Of a stretch of DNA of 64,000 nt, positions 11,124 through 21,242 are shown in pieces. Both the position numbers and the translations under genes were made by a program. How positions within the stretch are numbered: the stretch's first letter is position 1; the number at the start of each line of letters is the position of its first letter. Location of the stretch: NCBI GenBank assembly GCA_963706595.1, contig OY970166.1, forward strand, positions 2,016,001 through 2,080,000. Reading direction: 5' to 3'. This DNA is from an uncultured cyanobacterium. Its GTDB lineage: Bacteria > Cyanobacteriota > Cyanobacteriia > Cyanobacteriales > Nostocaceae. The notes under the pieces are model-generated. The model was not told the DNA's origin. It worked only from the letters and a program-made list of their open reading frames with translations, and did no database searches.

Positions 11124-11315
11124 TTAGGAACCTAAATGGAGTACTTCCCGTATTACGCTGTAGCCGTTGAGATCCCAAAGTAAGTAAGCGATAAAACCAA
11201 TCATCGCCAAGCGACCATTCCAAAGTTCCGATTGAGGCGTAAACCCAAATTTCAAAGCATTACGATCTTTACCGTTGTAGGCGGTTTCAGTGGCATCAGT
11301 AGGATAAAGTCCCAT
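11124..11315 (-). CDS. high-light-inducible protein (HLIP, chlorophyll a/b-binding)
   Basis: GFTPQSELWNGRLAMIGF motif; likely start is the ATG at 11315. Confidence 0.9.
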   Translation of the reverse strand: MGLYPTDATETAYNGKDRNALKFGFTPQSELWNGRLAMIGFIAYLLWDLNGYSVIREVLHLGS

Positions 11316-11626
11316 TATAAATTCTCCAGCCAATAATAAGATTTCCTTTTTCATAGTATTTACCTGCTCACTTAGTGCTATCTGTCTCTAGTGCCAAAGT
11401 GTAAGCAAGTCTAAAGGATGAATTTTTCCGATTTATCAGGAATACTCCGAAGGATTGCAACTCTGATAATTTTGATATTTTAAATATTATAAGAATCTCG
11501 GTTTGCTCAAATAATTTAGAAATGCCATAACACTGGCAATGTGAACAAAAAATCAAACTTCAGATACCATAAAAAATCTAACGAAAGTTAGAAGGTTTCG
11601 CGAGTAAAATTATCCAAACTAAGAGA

Positions 11627-11768
11627 TATAGGACTCATATTTGATTTATGAAACACACGTAGGGTGTGTTAGGCGTAAGCCGTAACGCACCCCCCAAAGC
11701 TTTCGGTGCGTTACGCTGTCGCTAACACACCCTACGTATCCGTTCAATAATCAAATCGGATTCCTATA
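11627..11768. mobile_element. MITE-like element carrying a pair of GTAG-type REP palindromes
   Basis: Imperfect TIRs TATAGGACTCATATTTGATT / AATCAAATCGGATTCCTATA enclose GTAGGGTGTGTTA...TAACGCACC and GGTGCGTTA...TAACACACCCTAC. Confidence 0.75.
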
Positions 11769-11796
11769 GATGGTCTTATATTTATAATTGCTGAAT

Positions 11797-12615
11797 ATGG
11801 CTCCCACAATATTAATTACAGGTGCATCTGAAGGCATAGGTAAAGCTACGGCTCTTTTATTTTCAAGGAAAGGTTATAATCTCGTACTTGCAGCGCGTCA
11901 TGGTGACACATTAGCCGCCACATCCCAAGAGATAGAAAACCTTGGTCATCCCGCCCCATTAAGTATTACTTGCGATGTCAAAGATCCATTTCAGGTAGAT
12001 ATATTAGTGCAGACGGCATTAGAAAATTATGCTGATATCGATGTGTTGGTAAATAATGCCGGGATCTTTGCATCAGGGCCAGTAGAACAATTTTCGCTCA
12101 ATGATTGGCACGAAGTTATAGACACTAACCTTTGGGGATATATTCATACTATTCATGCCCTTTTACCCCATTTTCTGCAACGGGGAAGGGGAACCATAGT
12201 TAATGTTAGTTCTATTGGCGGTAAAGTACCGACAGCTTACATGGTTCCCTACTGTACGAGTAAGTTTGCGGTGACAGGGTTAACTGAAACACTGCAAGCG
12301 GAATTACAACCAAAAGGTATTCAAGTTTGTGGGATTTATCCGAATTTAATCAAGAGTAGTTTTATGGAACGAGCAGTTTTTCGAGGACAGGATGAACAAG
12401 AAATCCAAACTCGAAGGGAACAGCTTGATAATGTCCTGAAAACTCCTGTAATAGAGAAGCCGGAAGATGTGGCTAATGCTATTTGGGATGCAGTCAAGCA
12501 TCAAAAGTCAGATGTCATGGTTGGTTCTGCTAATGTATCTCAGGGTTTATATAGATTGTTTCCTGGTGTGATGAAGTGGGTTTCTCGGCAAACTTTGAAA
12601 AATCAAGATAATTAA
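11797..12615 (+). CDS. short-chain dehydrogenase/reductase (SDR)
   Basis: ITGASEGIG, VNNAG, NVSS and YCTSK (YxxxK) motifs. Confidence 0.92.
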   Translation: MAPTILITGASEGIGKATALLFSRKGYNLVLAARHGDTLAATSQEIENLGHPAPLSITCDVKDPFQVDILVQTALENYADIDVLVNNAGIFASGPVEQFSLNDWHEVIDTNLWGYIHTIHALLPHFLQRGRGTIVNVSSIGGKVPTAYMVPYCTSKFAVTGLTETLQAELQPKGIQVCGIYPNLIKSSFMERAVFRGQDEQEIQTRREQLDNVLKTPVIEKPEDVANAIWDAVKHQKSDVMVGSANVSQGLYRLFPGVMKWVSRQTLKNQDN

Positions 12616-12687
12616 CTAATACCGTTGCTAATTTAGGAAGTTTAACGCCTGTAGAAACGGGATGAATACGATTTAAGGAATGAATTT

Positions 12688-12909
12688 ATGAAAAATGAAA
12701 ATTTAGACTCTATGTTCCTCGTTGAGCTAACTTTAGTGGAGCAAGAACTTTTATCTGGTGGACAAAACTCAGATGATCAGAATGGTGATTTCGATAAATT
12801 CAAAGATAAAGATAAGGAGAAACAGAAGGATAAAAATATTACAAATTTCTTGATTGCTCAAAAGGATATAAGTGGGTCGGTGGAAATAAACTTAACTATC
12901 AGTATGTAA
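12688..12909 (+). CDS. small protein with double-glycine leader (bacteriocin/RiPP precursor-like)
   Basis: ELTLVEQELLSGG matches the ELxxxELxxxxGG leader pattern; AAGGA RBS upstream. Confidence 0.6.
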   Translation: MKNENLDSMFLVELTLVEQELLSGGQNSDDQNGDFDKFKDKDKEKQKDKNITNFLIAQKDISGSVEINLTISM

Positions 12910-13378
12910 GCAAAAGTAAAGACAATTTTCCATATTTATGTTATCAGCGATCGCTCATGGTGGGTATTTGTGCGATCGCTCCTCTTTTCCTTTCAGAATG
13001 TTGGATTATGGATAGTAGGCTAAGTTGCATGGGAATAAGTATCTTCTAGTAGTTTGTATAATGATGTAGTCATTTACTAATAGTTAAAATACTTAGGCTT
13101 AAGTCTATATCAGTAGTTTCTTCATGTTTTAATATGTGGTTTTACATATTTTTGTATTGCCCCATATTCAGTTGCTAGGCACTCTCCCCTACTAAAGATT
13201 TATGGGGATTTAATTGCTATGGCAATTAATGTGGTATTTACTGAAAATACTCTAGACGTTGTATTTATTTTTTTCAATAATAATCATGAAAAATTTACCA
13301 TTTAAACTCTTGGTCTTGTGTTTAAATGTGTTTATAATTTCAATGGATACATAATTTGCTACATATTACAGAAATAAT

Positions 13379-14292
13379 ATGCCTATTGATTTGGGTAAAA
13401 TTAATAGCGGAAACACAAGTGATACAGTTCTTCATCCCAGAGAAATATTTACTGCCCTTCCAAATAAGGATGAAAACAGTTTGAATTTCCGAGAGATGGT
13501 CAAACAGAAGTTTGGGATAATTGGTTCTCTAGGAGGGATAAAAAAGATTTAGTTATCAAAATGAATACGGGTAATGGCAAGACTGTAGTCGGGTTACTTA
13601 TCCTCAAGAGTTGCCTAAATGAAGGTAAAGGTCCGCGAACTTAATAGTCCTGATGATTGTTTGAAACAAACAGTTATGGAGAACAAAAAGGAATTGAAGT
13701 TACAGATGAAAATTGTTAGACAATTAGCAGGTATTTTAATTGTCATTATACATCTAATTAATGGAAAATCAACTGGGTGTTGGTGATAGGCTGCAAATAA
13801 ATATTGGAGCATTATTATTGATGATGCTCATGCGTGTCTGAACGGTAGAAGATCATTTTACTTTAACAATGGATAGCATCAGATGCATATCAAGAAATTT
13901 ATAGATGGTTTCAAGAATCACTTCTCAGCAATGTTTACAAAAGAATTAGAGATTAATAATCATGAACCTGATACTTATATGCAAGTTCCTTTTTGGGCTT
14001 GGCAAAGTGAATTACACAAATGTAGCCAAATTTTAAATAAATTGAAATTGATATCAAATTAAAGCCCATTGATAAAGGAACACTAAATTTATCAAGGTGT
14101 GTTATTAGCTCAGAAAAAATAGAAATTTCACCTCACTGCATACCAATTCATATGATTCCGAGTATTATAAATGCACCTAGAAAGATTATTTATGAAACCG
14201 ACTTTAGTGATGACATACTTGTATAGCATTTTGGTATTACAGATGATTATTAATAATTGTATTACCGAAAGAGTAGATGGTATTTTTGATAG
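13379..14292 (+). pseudogene. frameshifted 5' half of an SF2 helicase
   Basis: Fragments in shifting frames: MPIDLGK...HPREIFTALP, PRDGQTEVW...KMNTGNGKT (Walker A), SIIIDDAHAC (Walker B) and YMQVPFWAWQ. Confidence 0.85.
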
Positions 14293-15699
14293 ATGATTCT
14301 ACATCGACAAGTAATCAATTCCAAAATAACTGACTATCAAATCAAGGAATTTTGTAAGTTGATTTCAGAGGATGTGAATGTTGTTGTTATCGTTCCATCA
14401 GACGAACGAGCTAAATACTGGAAAGATCAAGCTAATTTAACTTTGAACAAAGATAATCTGTATGAAGGAGTAACTCGTTTAAAAAAGGAAAAAGTTGGTA
14501 TAACAATATTAGTGAATCGCTACGATGGAGTAGACTTACCAAAGGATGCCTGTAGGTTTCTTGTAATTGATGGATTGCCATCTGCTAGACGACTGATTGA
14601 TAAAGTTGAACAAGTTATCCTCATGGGAAGTTCAAGAAAAGCTGCTCAACTAATTCAAAAAATAGAGCAAGGAATGGGGCGTGGTGTTAGATCCAGTGAT
14701 GATTACTGTGCTGTATTTTTAATGGGACGTAAACTTACTAGCCAATTATATGCTGGAGGTGCAATAGATAAATTTTCCCCAGCAACTAAAGCACAAATAA
14801 ACCTGTCGGAGAAGATTTCTGAGCAGATTCAAGGAGAAGGTTTATCTCAGATACGGGAAGCTATTATGTATTGCTTACATAGAAACCAAGAGTGGGTATC
14901 AAAAAGCAAGGGAGCTTTGGCATCGCTTTCATACGCAGCAACTAGTACACCTGATTTTATAACAATTGCACAAAGGAAAGCATATGATTTTGCTTATATA
15001 AAAAATTATAATGCCGTAACAAATGAGTTTATCAACACTATAAATATAGTAGATGAGAAACCCCTCAAGTCTTATTTAAAACAATGCTTGGCAGAGTACA
15101 TTAACCTCTATGATCAGGCTGAGGCACAAAAAACTTTGATGTCAGCAGCCATTGATAATTCAAGAGTAACTAAGCCAATGGATGGAATATCCTATCACAA
15201 GATTGAATCGAAAGCTATGGATGAAGCAAGAATATGTGGAGATTACTTAAGAAAAAAATTTGCTGATCCAAATAAAATCGTTATTAAGATGAATGGATTA
15301 TTAGAATCATTGATATTTAAACCAGAGACAGCAGAAATATTTGAAGAATCATTGAAGACAATTGCTCGGTATATTGGGTTTAATAGTCAGCGTCCAGAAG
15401 CAGAGTATAGGAAGCTACCAGATGTCCTTTGGGAGGTTGGAAACTTATCATACTTTGTAATCGAGTGCAAAAATGGAGCTACTACAAATACTATTAGTAA
15501 ACATGACTGCAATCAGCTAAATGGATCTGGCGAATGGTTTACTAATACTTATGATCAAACTTGTAGTTTTACTCCAATTTTGATTCATCCTTCAGTAAAA
15601 TTTGAATATGCTGCCTCACCTAAAGCGGAGACACGAATTATGAATGGAGACAAATTGAATCTGTTGCGTGAAACTCTATCTAATTTCATCAATTATTAA
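14293..15699 (+). CDS. intact 3' part of the helicase: C-terminal RecA domain plus PD-(D/E)xK nuclease domain
   Basis: NRYDGVDLP, EQGMGRGVRSSDDY (motif VI) and PDVLW...FVIECKNG nuclease motif. Confidence 0.8.
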   Translation: MILHRQVINSKITDYQIKEFCKLISEDVNVVVIVPSDERAKYWKDQANLTLNKDNLYEGVTRLKKEKVGITILVNRYDGVDLPKDACRFLVIDGLPSARRLIDKVEQVILMGSSRKAAQLIQKIEQGMGRGVRSSDDYCAVFLMGRKLTSQLYAGGAIDKFSPATKAQINLSEKISEQIQGEGLSQIREAIMYCLHRNQEWVSKSKGALASLSYAATSTPDFITIAQRKAYDFAYIKNYNAVTNEFINTINIVDEKPLKSYLKQCLAEYINLYDQAEAQKTLMSAAIDNSRVTKPMDGISYHKIESKAMDEARICGDYLRKKFADPNKIVIKMNGLLESLIFKPETAEIFEESLKTIARYIGFNSQRPEAEYRKLPDVLWEVGNLSYFVIECKNGATTNTISKHDCNQLNGSGEWFTNTYDQTCSFTPILIHPSVKFEYAASPKAETRIMNGDKLNLLRETLSNFINY

Positions 15700-15920
15700 A
15701 TGTAGAAAACAAAATTAATGATGAAAAAGACTATTAAAGAGAGATTCCTATTCTACAGACTAACAGGCGGTTCGTTTTTCCATTACTATACTCAGTCAAA
15801 ATCCCATAAATAGATTAAACTTGCAAATGTAGGATGATCCCATTTTCTCCTAAATTTATTAGCATTTTTTCAAATCCTTGTGGTTGAGTAGTAAGCTAAA
15901 AATTAAGCGATTTATTTGGA

Positions 15921-16232
15921 ATGGCTATGAACAATCAACCGAAATCTCTTGTAAATGAGTTAGAACAAATTTATAGTCAGAATATTCAGACAATAACCCG
16001 TTTGTTAGCTCAAATAACAAACCGTAATCCAGATGAGATTAAACCACACTTGGATACCATGCTTAAGATGTTAGTACAACCACAGGGTGAGCGTCCTTTC
16101 TATGAAACTGCAACCCCTCAAGAGTGGGTAACAGCATTTCAAGAGTGGGTAGAAAGCCATCGAGAACTTAACCTTCCAACACTTTCAGACGCAGCCATTA
16201 GCCGAGAAAGTATTTATGGAGAGCGAGGTTAA
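15921..16232 (+). CDS. putative antitoxin of a VapBC-type pair
   Basis: C-terminal LSDAAISRESIYGERG is typical of cyanobacterial proteins encoded before PIN toxins; followed at once by a toxin-start stub. Confidence 0.6.
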   Translation: MAMNNQPKSLVNELEQIYSQNIQTITRLLAQITNRNPDEIKPHLDTMLKMLVQPQGERPFYETATPQEWVTAFQEWVESHRELNLPTLSDAAISRESIYGERG

Positions 16233-16258
16233 GTGCCGTATCTTGTAGATATTAAGTA

Positions 16259-16708
16259 TTATCGTGATTCACACTCGCGTTTAGTGACATGGTGACGATA
16301 GCGAAACATCGCTTCCAATTGGGCTTGTATTAGCCAACCACTGACAAATTCCACTGTACCACCACCGGGCATAGAGAAGGAAACAGCATCGGTTAACTTG
16401 GTTTTACCATTTTCTGGGGCGAATTCATGGCGATGTATCCAAGACTCAAAAGGCCCAGATATCTGTTTGTCAATAAACAGGCGATTTTTTTCACATTCAG
16501 TGTGTCGCGCTAACCAAGTTAAAGGTAATGGCCCTAAAAACAAACGAAATTCAGTGATAGCGCCCACTTCTAGCCCGCCTTCACGACGAATTACTTGCAC
16601 CGGTTGCCAAGGTGGGTTGAGTAGTTGCAAAATATCTGGTCTTTCGTGGAATTTCCACACTACTTCGACTGGCGCATTAATGACTGAGGAATGTTGAAAT
16701 TGCAGCAT
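16259..16708 (-). CDS. SRPBCC family protein
   Basis: INAPVEVVWKFH and FIDKQISGPF..WIHRHEF motifs. Confidence 0.85.
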   Translation of the reverse strand: MLQFQHSSVINAPVEVVWKFHERPDILQLLNPPWQPVQVIRREGGLEVGAITEFRLFLGPLPLTWLARHTECEKNRLFIDKQISGPFESWIHRHEFAPENGKTKLTDAVSFSMPGGGTVEFVSGWLIQAQLEAMFRYRHHVTKRECESR

Positions 16709-16728
16709 GGAAAGAAAAAACGTAAAAT

Positions 16729-16917
16729 TTAGCTTTCGCAGTCAGTTGAAATCTCTATATCTAGGGTATCTTCATCAATTTGCACATACAAAATATTCGG
16801 GTTACAGCAAACTTGACAATCTTCTACATAGGATTGTTGTGAACCGGCACTTAAATCGATAAAAGTTAAGCTTGGTTCGCCGCAATAAGCGCAGTAGTAC
16901 TCAGCAGTATTTTGCAT
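16729..16917 (-). CDS. CPXCG-type cysteine-rich protein
   Basis: CAYCGE...YVEDCQVCCNP. Confidence 0.85.
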   Translation of the reverse strand: MQNTAEYYCAYCGEPSLTFIDLSAGSQQSYVEDCQVCCNPNILYVQIDEDTLDIEISTDCES

Positions 16918-18556
16918 TTAATGGCTGTAGTTCTTTGGGGGTTGAGTTGAAATGACTGGTAGCTTCAGCCAAGTGCTTCAGTAGTGTAGACTGTGGTAGC
17001 GGCCCTTGCAAGTGATTCCAAGGTAAGATTTGCTCGGTTGACCAGTTGCTGTGAACGTAATACTCTAAGTCGGGTATTTGTCCTTTGAGTTGTTTGAAAG
17101 CACGTTTGTAGCTACCTAAAGAGTCGCCAAATTCACGGGTTAATTCTAGAAGTTGGGACAGTCGGCGATCGCCTCTCGATATCAAAGCCTGTATAATTGA
17201 CCAATTATAGCTTTCAGGACGAAATTCTATCCCCTGGGGTTTTAGCTGTTTTTGCAGCATTTGTAGCCGCTTTTCAGCTTGGCGATTTACCCCAAACCAT
17301 TGAAATGGCGTGTGTGCCTTGGGAACAAATGTACTACATCCAAAGGTTAACCGCAACCCTGGGGCAGCTTTTTTAATATTCCGCATCATCGCCACAGTTT
17401 GCTCTAAATCTTCTGGTTCTTCACCGGGGATACCTGCCATACCGTAGAGTTTCAAGCCTTTTAATCCTCCAGCTTTGGCATTGATGGCAGCTTGGATGAT
17501 TTCATCATTATGCAGCTTTTTGTTGACGATTTGGCGGAGTTTTTCGGAACCACTCTCGACTGCAATTGTAAGCGATCGCGTGTCTCGTTTCGCTAAAGTT
17601 TCGGCAAGCTGCACTGTTACCGTATTGGTTCGGACTGAGGCAATACTCAAACGGACATCATCATATTTTGGCTGACTAATATAATCTAGCAAAGCCTCAA
17701 ACTCTGGGTGTTGAGTTACAGAAGCCCCCAATAACCCCAGACGGTTGGTTACAGCTAACCCTTTTTCAATAGCGGGAATTAACGACTCTTCCAAACTGGC
17801 TGTTCTAAAAGGTAAAGTCAGATAACTCGCCATACAAAAGCGGCACATTTCCGGACAACTCCGCACCACTTCCACCATATAAATATTTTCCCATGCGGCT
17901 TTTTCCGTCACCACAGTAGATGTAGATAAAGTATTCCCTCTGTAAGTCTGCTTCTGCACCACTGGGGGAATTTCTGGGAAAATTGGTTTAATTGACTTTA
18001 ACTCACCATCTTTGGCGTGATATTCCACCGCATACAAACTAGGAACGTAAATTCCTGGTACTTGCGCCAGTGCTTTGAGTTGAATTTCTCTAGAAGCGTT
18101 TCTGACTTCTTTGTACGTCTCAATAAAATTAGGCAGCAGATTTTCCCCGTCACCGAGTAAAATGACATCAAAAAAATCGGCAAAAGGTTCGGGGTTAGCA
18201 GTGAGAACAGGGCCACCACCAAAAATTATCGGATGGGAATCATTACGGGAAGTAGCCCTGATGGGAATGTCTAAAGATTCCAGTAAATTTAAGATATTCA
18301 CATAATCGAGTTCCCAGGAGATAGAAAATCCTACAATTTCCGGGTTTCTCGGTAGTTGTTCTTGAATATCGGTAAATAAGCGACTCACCTGCACATCTTC
18401 ACGCATGGCTAAAGTTGCCCACACCACCTGATAGCCGAGGCTGGTAATACCCACTGTGTACTCGTTGGGAAAGGCGAAAATTAGCGGGATAGCATCGTTG
18501 TGGGGGGTGGTGGGGGTAAATAGGAGGCGTTCAGAGGCAAATAGAGATGATGTCAC
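16901..18556 (-). CDS. B12-binding-like radical SAM protein
   Basis: CPEMCRFC (CxxxCxxC), GGGP...NPEP and FVPKAHTPFQW motifs. Confidence 0.9.
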   Translation of the reverse strand: MTSSLFASERLLFTPTTPHNDAIPLIFAFPNEYTVGITSLGYQVVWATLAMREDVQVSRLFTDIQEQLPRNPEIVGFSISWELDYVNILNLLESLDIPIRATSRNDSHPIIFGGGPVLTANPEPFADFFDVILLGDGENLLPNFIETYKEVRNASREIQLKALAQVPGIYVPSLYAVEYHAKDGELKSIKPIFPEIPPVVQKQTYRGNTLSTSTVVTEKAAWENIYMVEVVRSCPEMCRFCMASYLTLPFRTASLEESLIPAIEKGLAVTNRLGLLGASVTQHPEFEALLDYISQPKYDDVRLSIASVRTNTVTVQLAETLAKRDTRSLTIAVESGSEKLRQIVNKKLHNDEIIQAAINAKAGGLKGLKLYGMAGIPGEEPEDLEQTVAMMRNIKKAAPGLRLTFGCSTFVPKAHTPFQWFGVNRQAEKRLQMLQKQLKPQGIEFRPESYNWSIIQALISRGDRRLSQLLELTREFGDSLGSYKRAFKQLKGQIPDLEYYVHSNWSTEQILPWNHLQGPLPQSTLLKHLAEATSHFNSTPKELQPLNAKYC

Positions 18557-18577
18557 AGGTGTTTATTAGGAGCAAGT

Positions 18578-18832
18578 TTATCTATATTTAATTTTAAGCC
18601 ATAGAATTATGAAGTTGAAAAATAAGGTGAAGCTGTTGGCCAGAATAATCGGTAAGGATTTTAAATAAATTCCATATATTAACCATAAAAATAGACCACT
18701 TATAAATGTAATCAGCATCAGGTAAGAGACATCTTTTGCTGATTTGCTTTGCCATGTTTTCCACATTTGTGGTAAGAAGGCACTGGTTGTTAATGTGGCA
18801 GCACATAATCCTAAGATTGTGATAAATTCCAT
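18578..18832 (-). CDS. SemiSWEET family transporter
   Basis: Three TM helices, AFLPQ (PQ-loop), SAKDVS and WLIYG motifs. Confidence 0.9.
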   Translation of the reverse strand: MEFITILGLCAATLTTSAFLPQMWKTWQSKSAKDVSYLMLITFISGLFLWLIYGIYLKSLPIILANSFTLFFNFIILWLKIKYR

Positions 18833-18935
18833 ATATGTTAGGTTGTAATATATGGGAATTATATCTGAGTTTTAAGAAGTAATTTTTAAACGAACCGCCA
18901 AGTCGCCAAGTTCGCCAAGGGAAAGAGAAATATGT

Positions 18936-19583
18936 TTACAATATAATGTTTTCAAGATGCGTTAACCATTTATCAAAATGCTGACACTGTTGACGAATTA
19001 TATCTAGTCCTATATCTATGGCAATTAGAGATCCATGTAATGGTTTATCATAGCTAGGACAGCAACTAATAATTCTTTTGGATGGTGCTGTCATCGGATT
19101 TTCGTTGATATGCTCAGGTGAAGCAAACGAGTCACGCTCACGCTGTAGCTGGTCTACTATGCTTTGATCAAACCATCCCTTAAAAGCATTGGGATTACTG
19201 TACAATAGTCCCTCAAACTCATGTAATAATAAATTGGGAATAAAATTTTTGTGTCCAACATCTGCGCTCATGGACTGTTCAATATATTCAGCTTTTTTAA
19301 ATGGGTCATTCGTGTTTGGCAGACAATTTTTTCCAGGAAAGTCTTTTGGCAAGGCATATAAATCAAACATTGTCGTGACGAATGCCGAACTATCCTCAAG
19401 ACATTTTCGATGCAATTGCCGTTTTATTTTTTCATAGCTGACTATACCACCTTTACTTCTTGAGCTAGTTCGCACCAGGATGGGAGTGAGATAAATATTT
19501 TGTTGCTGAAAATGCTCATAAAGTAATTCTCTCACAAAGGTTTCTTCTGTCTGTCCTTCCACAAAAATATTGACTCGCATCAT
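18936..19583 (-). CDS. DUF4276 family protein (TOPRIM-like)
   Basis: RVNIFVEGQTEE, FDLYALP, HEFEGLL, PEHIN and APSKRI motifs; ATGA overlap with the upstream ATPase stop. Confidence 0.8.
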   Translation of the reverse strand: MMRVNIFVEGQTEETFVRELLYEHFQQQNIYLTPILVRTSSRSKGGIVSYEKIKRQLHRKCLEDSSAFVTTMFDLYALPKDFPGKNCLPNTNDPFKKAEYIEQSMSADVGHKNFIPNLLLHEFEGLLYSNPNAFKGWFDQSIVDQLQRERDSFASPEHINENPMTAPSKRIISCCPSYDKPLHGSLIAIDIGLDIIRQQCQHFDKWLTHLENIIL

Positions 19584-20674
19584 CGTGAAGGTCTTCCTCC
19601 CAGGATGTTCTTTTTCCACAATTCTCCTAAGCTGTAGTCTTCCAACCACTCATGTAAATCATCCTCCTTTAATCTGCGAAGTAATGATTTTCCATCTTCT
19701 CTATCTACAACAATTACATCTTTAACATCAAATTCATTTAATAGTTCAACTGATTGAGTGGAAACAATAACTTGTTTTTCTCTGGAAGTTGCACGCATCA
19801 AGGATGCCAATACAGTGATTGCATAAGGGTGAAGACCTAACTCAGGTTCATCAACTAAAATTGTTCCAGGTTGCAAAGAAGTCGGTTGTAAAAAAACAGT
19901 TGCTAAACAGATAAAACGCAGTGTTCCATCAGAAAAAAGATGGGCTTTGAAGGGAATATCTTGATTTTGCTCAAACCATTCTAGTTCTATTACTTCCTTA
20001 TTTTGTGGAGAAGGTCGTAAATGAAAATCACCAAAAAAAGGAGCAACAAGTCTAATTGTTTTAATGATTCGTTGATAAGAATCAGGATGATTTTCTTTTA
20101 ATAAATACAAAAAAGCAGCTAGATTACTGCCATCTGGACGCAGGTAAATATTATCATTAATACTATGTGGTTGCTTCACATAAGCCGTGTCACTGGTATC
20201 ATGGAAATGGTAAACCCGCCATTGTCGCATAGCAGGTAATATGTAGTCGTCAATTTGAGTTTTATTACCCTGGAAAGCTTTAGTTTCAAAATGACCACTG
20301 CCGATTTTACGCCTATCGCCCATGTTCCACCAAAAAGACTCTTCGGAAAACATGAGACGATTATCTTTAGTTGGTTCAAAGGTGGCAAAATATCCGTTGT
20401 TGCCAAAGTAAAGCTCAATTTCTAGTTGTTTGGTTTTTTTTCGACCAAAATGCAAGATTGTATCTGGTCCACCTTGGCGACTTACAAAAATTTGCAACTG
20501 TTCATCAAGTATCTGTTGCACCATGCGAAAAAAGCCGATAAAGTTAGATTTACCAGCACCATTACAGCCAATAAGTATATTGAGTTGAGAAAGCTGGATG
20601 TCACATTCGGCGATGGATTTAAAACCCTTTAAAATAATTCTTGATAGTTGCTTTTCACTGCTCAAATTTGTCAT
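19580..20674 (-). CDS. ABC/AAA_21-type ATPase
   Basis: GFKSI, GCNGAGKSN Walker A, SDGT signature, DEPELGLHP Walker B and STQS. Confidence 0.9.
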   Translation of the reverse strand: MTNLSSEKQLSRIILKGFKSIAECDIQLSQLNILIGCNGAGKSNFIGFFRMVQQILDEQLQIFVSRQGGPDTILHFGRKKTKQLEIELYFGNNGYFATFEPTKDNRLMFSEESFWWNMGDRRKIGSGHFETKAFQGNKTQIDDYILPAMRQWRVYHFHDTSDTAYVKQPHSINDNIYLRPDGSNLAAFLYLLKENHPDSYQRIIKTIRLVAPFFGDFHLRPSPQNKEVIELEWFEQNQDIPFKAHLFSDGTLRFICLATVFLQPTSLQPGTILVDEPELGLHPYAITVLASLMRATSREKQVIVSTQSVELLNEFDVKDVIVVDREDGKSLLRRLKEDDLHEWLEDYSLGELWKKNILGGRPSR

Positions 20675-20712
20675 GGAACAGTCTCCTATTTTTTCTGTAG
20701 AGATGCTTCCCG

Positions 20713-21153
20713 TTAAGCGAAGAAACTGGGGTCAAGAATTTGCTCAATTGTAAACGGACATTCAGCCGGAAAAATTTCTCCTGAGTTTTGAGTTTCTTTA
20801 GCTGCGTCTCGACAAGCACGACGGTAGTATTTTTCTCTCCACACTGAATCTTGAAGATAACGCCGCAAACTGGGAGTATCTTCTAAGCAATCTTGAATTT
20901 GATTTCGGCAGTTGGAAAGGGTGTTATCCCAGCTTTTGGTTCTGCTTTCTGGCTGATACTGGCTTTTGAGTAAGTGCATTAACAGCACCTGTAAATAGCT
21001 GCCGAGTTCTTTCTGTTCGCTGCGCCCCAAAGCCTCTATTTCCTCTACCAAGTTTTCAATGTCTAACTCAGCCCAATGTCCTTTTTTCAACAACTCGGCT
21101 TGTTGTTGTGTCCACAGCAGAAAATCTTGCTCATAACCAGTTTCTTTACTCAT
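20713..21153 (-). CDS. DUF29 family protein
   Basis: YEQDFLLW, LDIENLVEEIEALGRSE and CPFTIEQIL motifs. Confidence 0.9.
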   Translation of the reverse strand: MSKETGYEQDFLLWTQQQAELLKKGHWAELDIENLVEEIEALGRSEQKELGSYLQVLLMHLLKSQYQPESRTKSWDNTLSNCRNQIQDCLEDTPSLRRYLQDSVWREKYYRRACRDAAKETQNSGEIFPAECPFTIEQILDPSFFA

Positions 21154-21157
21154 CCTC

Positions 21158-21242
21158 AAATTACGAATTACGTTAGCGAAGCTCCTCTGAAAGAGGCACT
21201 ACGAACTACGAATTACGAACTACGAATTACGAATTACGAATT
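21158..21242. repeat. STRR heptamer tract (AATTACG)n interrupted by a small dispersed repeat
   Basis: Tandem AATTACG/AACTACG units with GTTAGCGAAGCTCCTCTGAAAGAGGCACT inside; the same unit occurs at 27661-27711 and ~53057-53082. Confidence 0.85.

Noticed and set aside
13615..13812. 65-aa minus-strand ORF
   Set aside because: Antisense to the helicase pseudogene fragments
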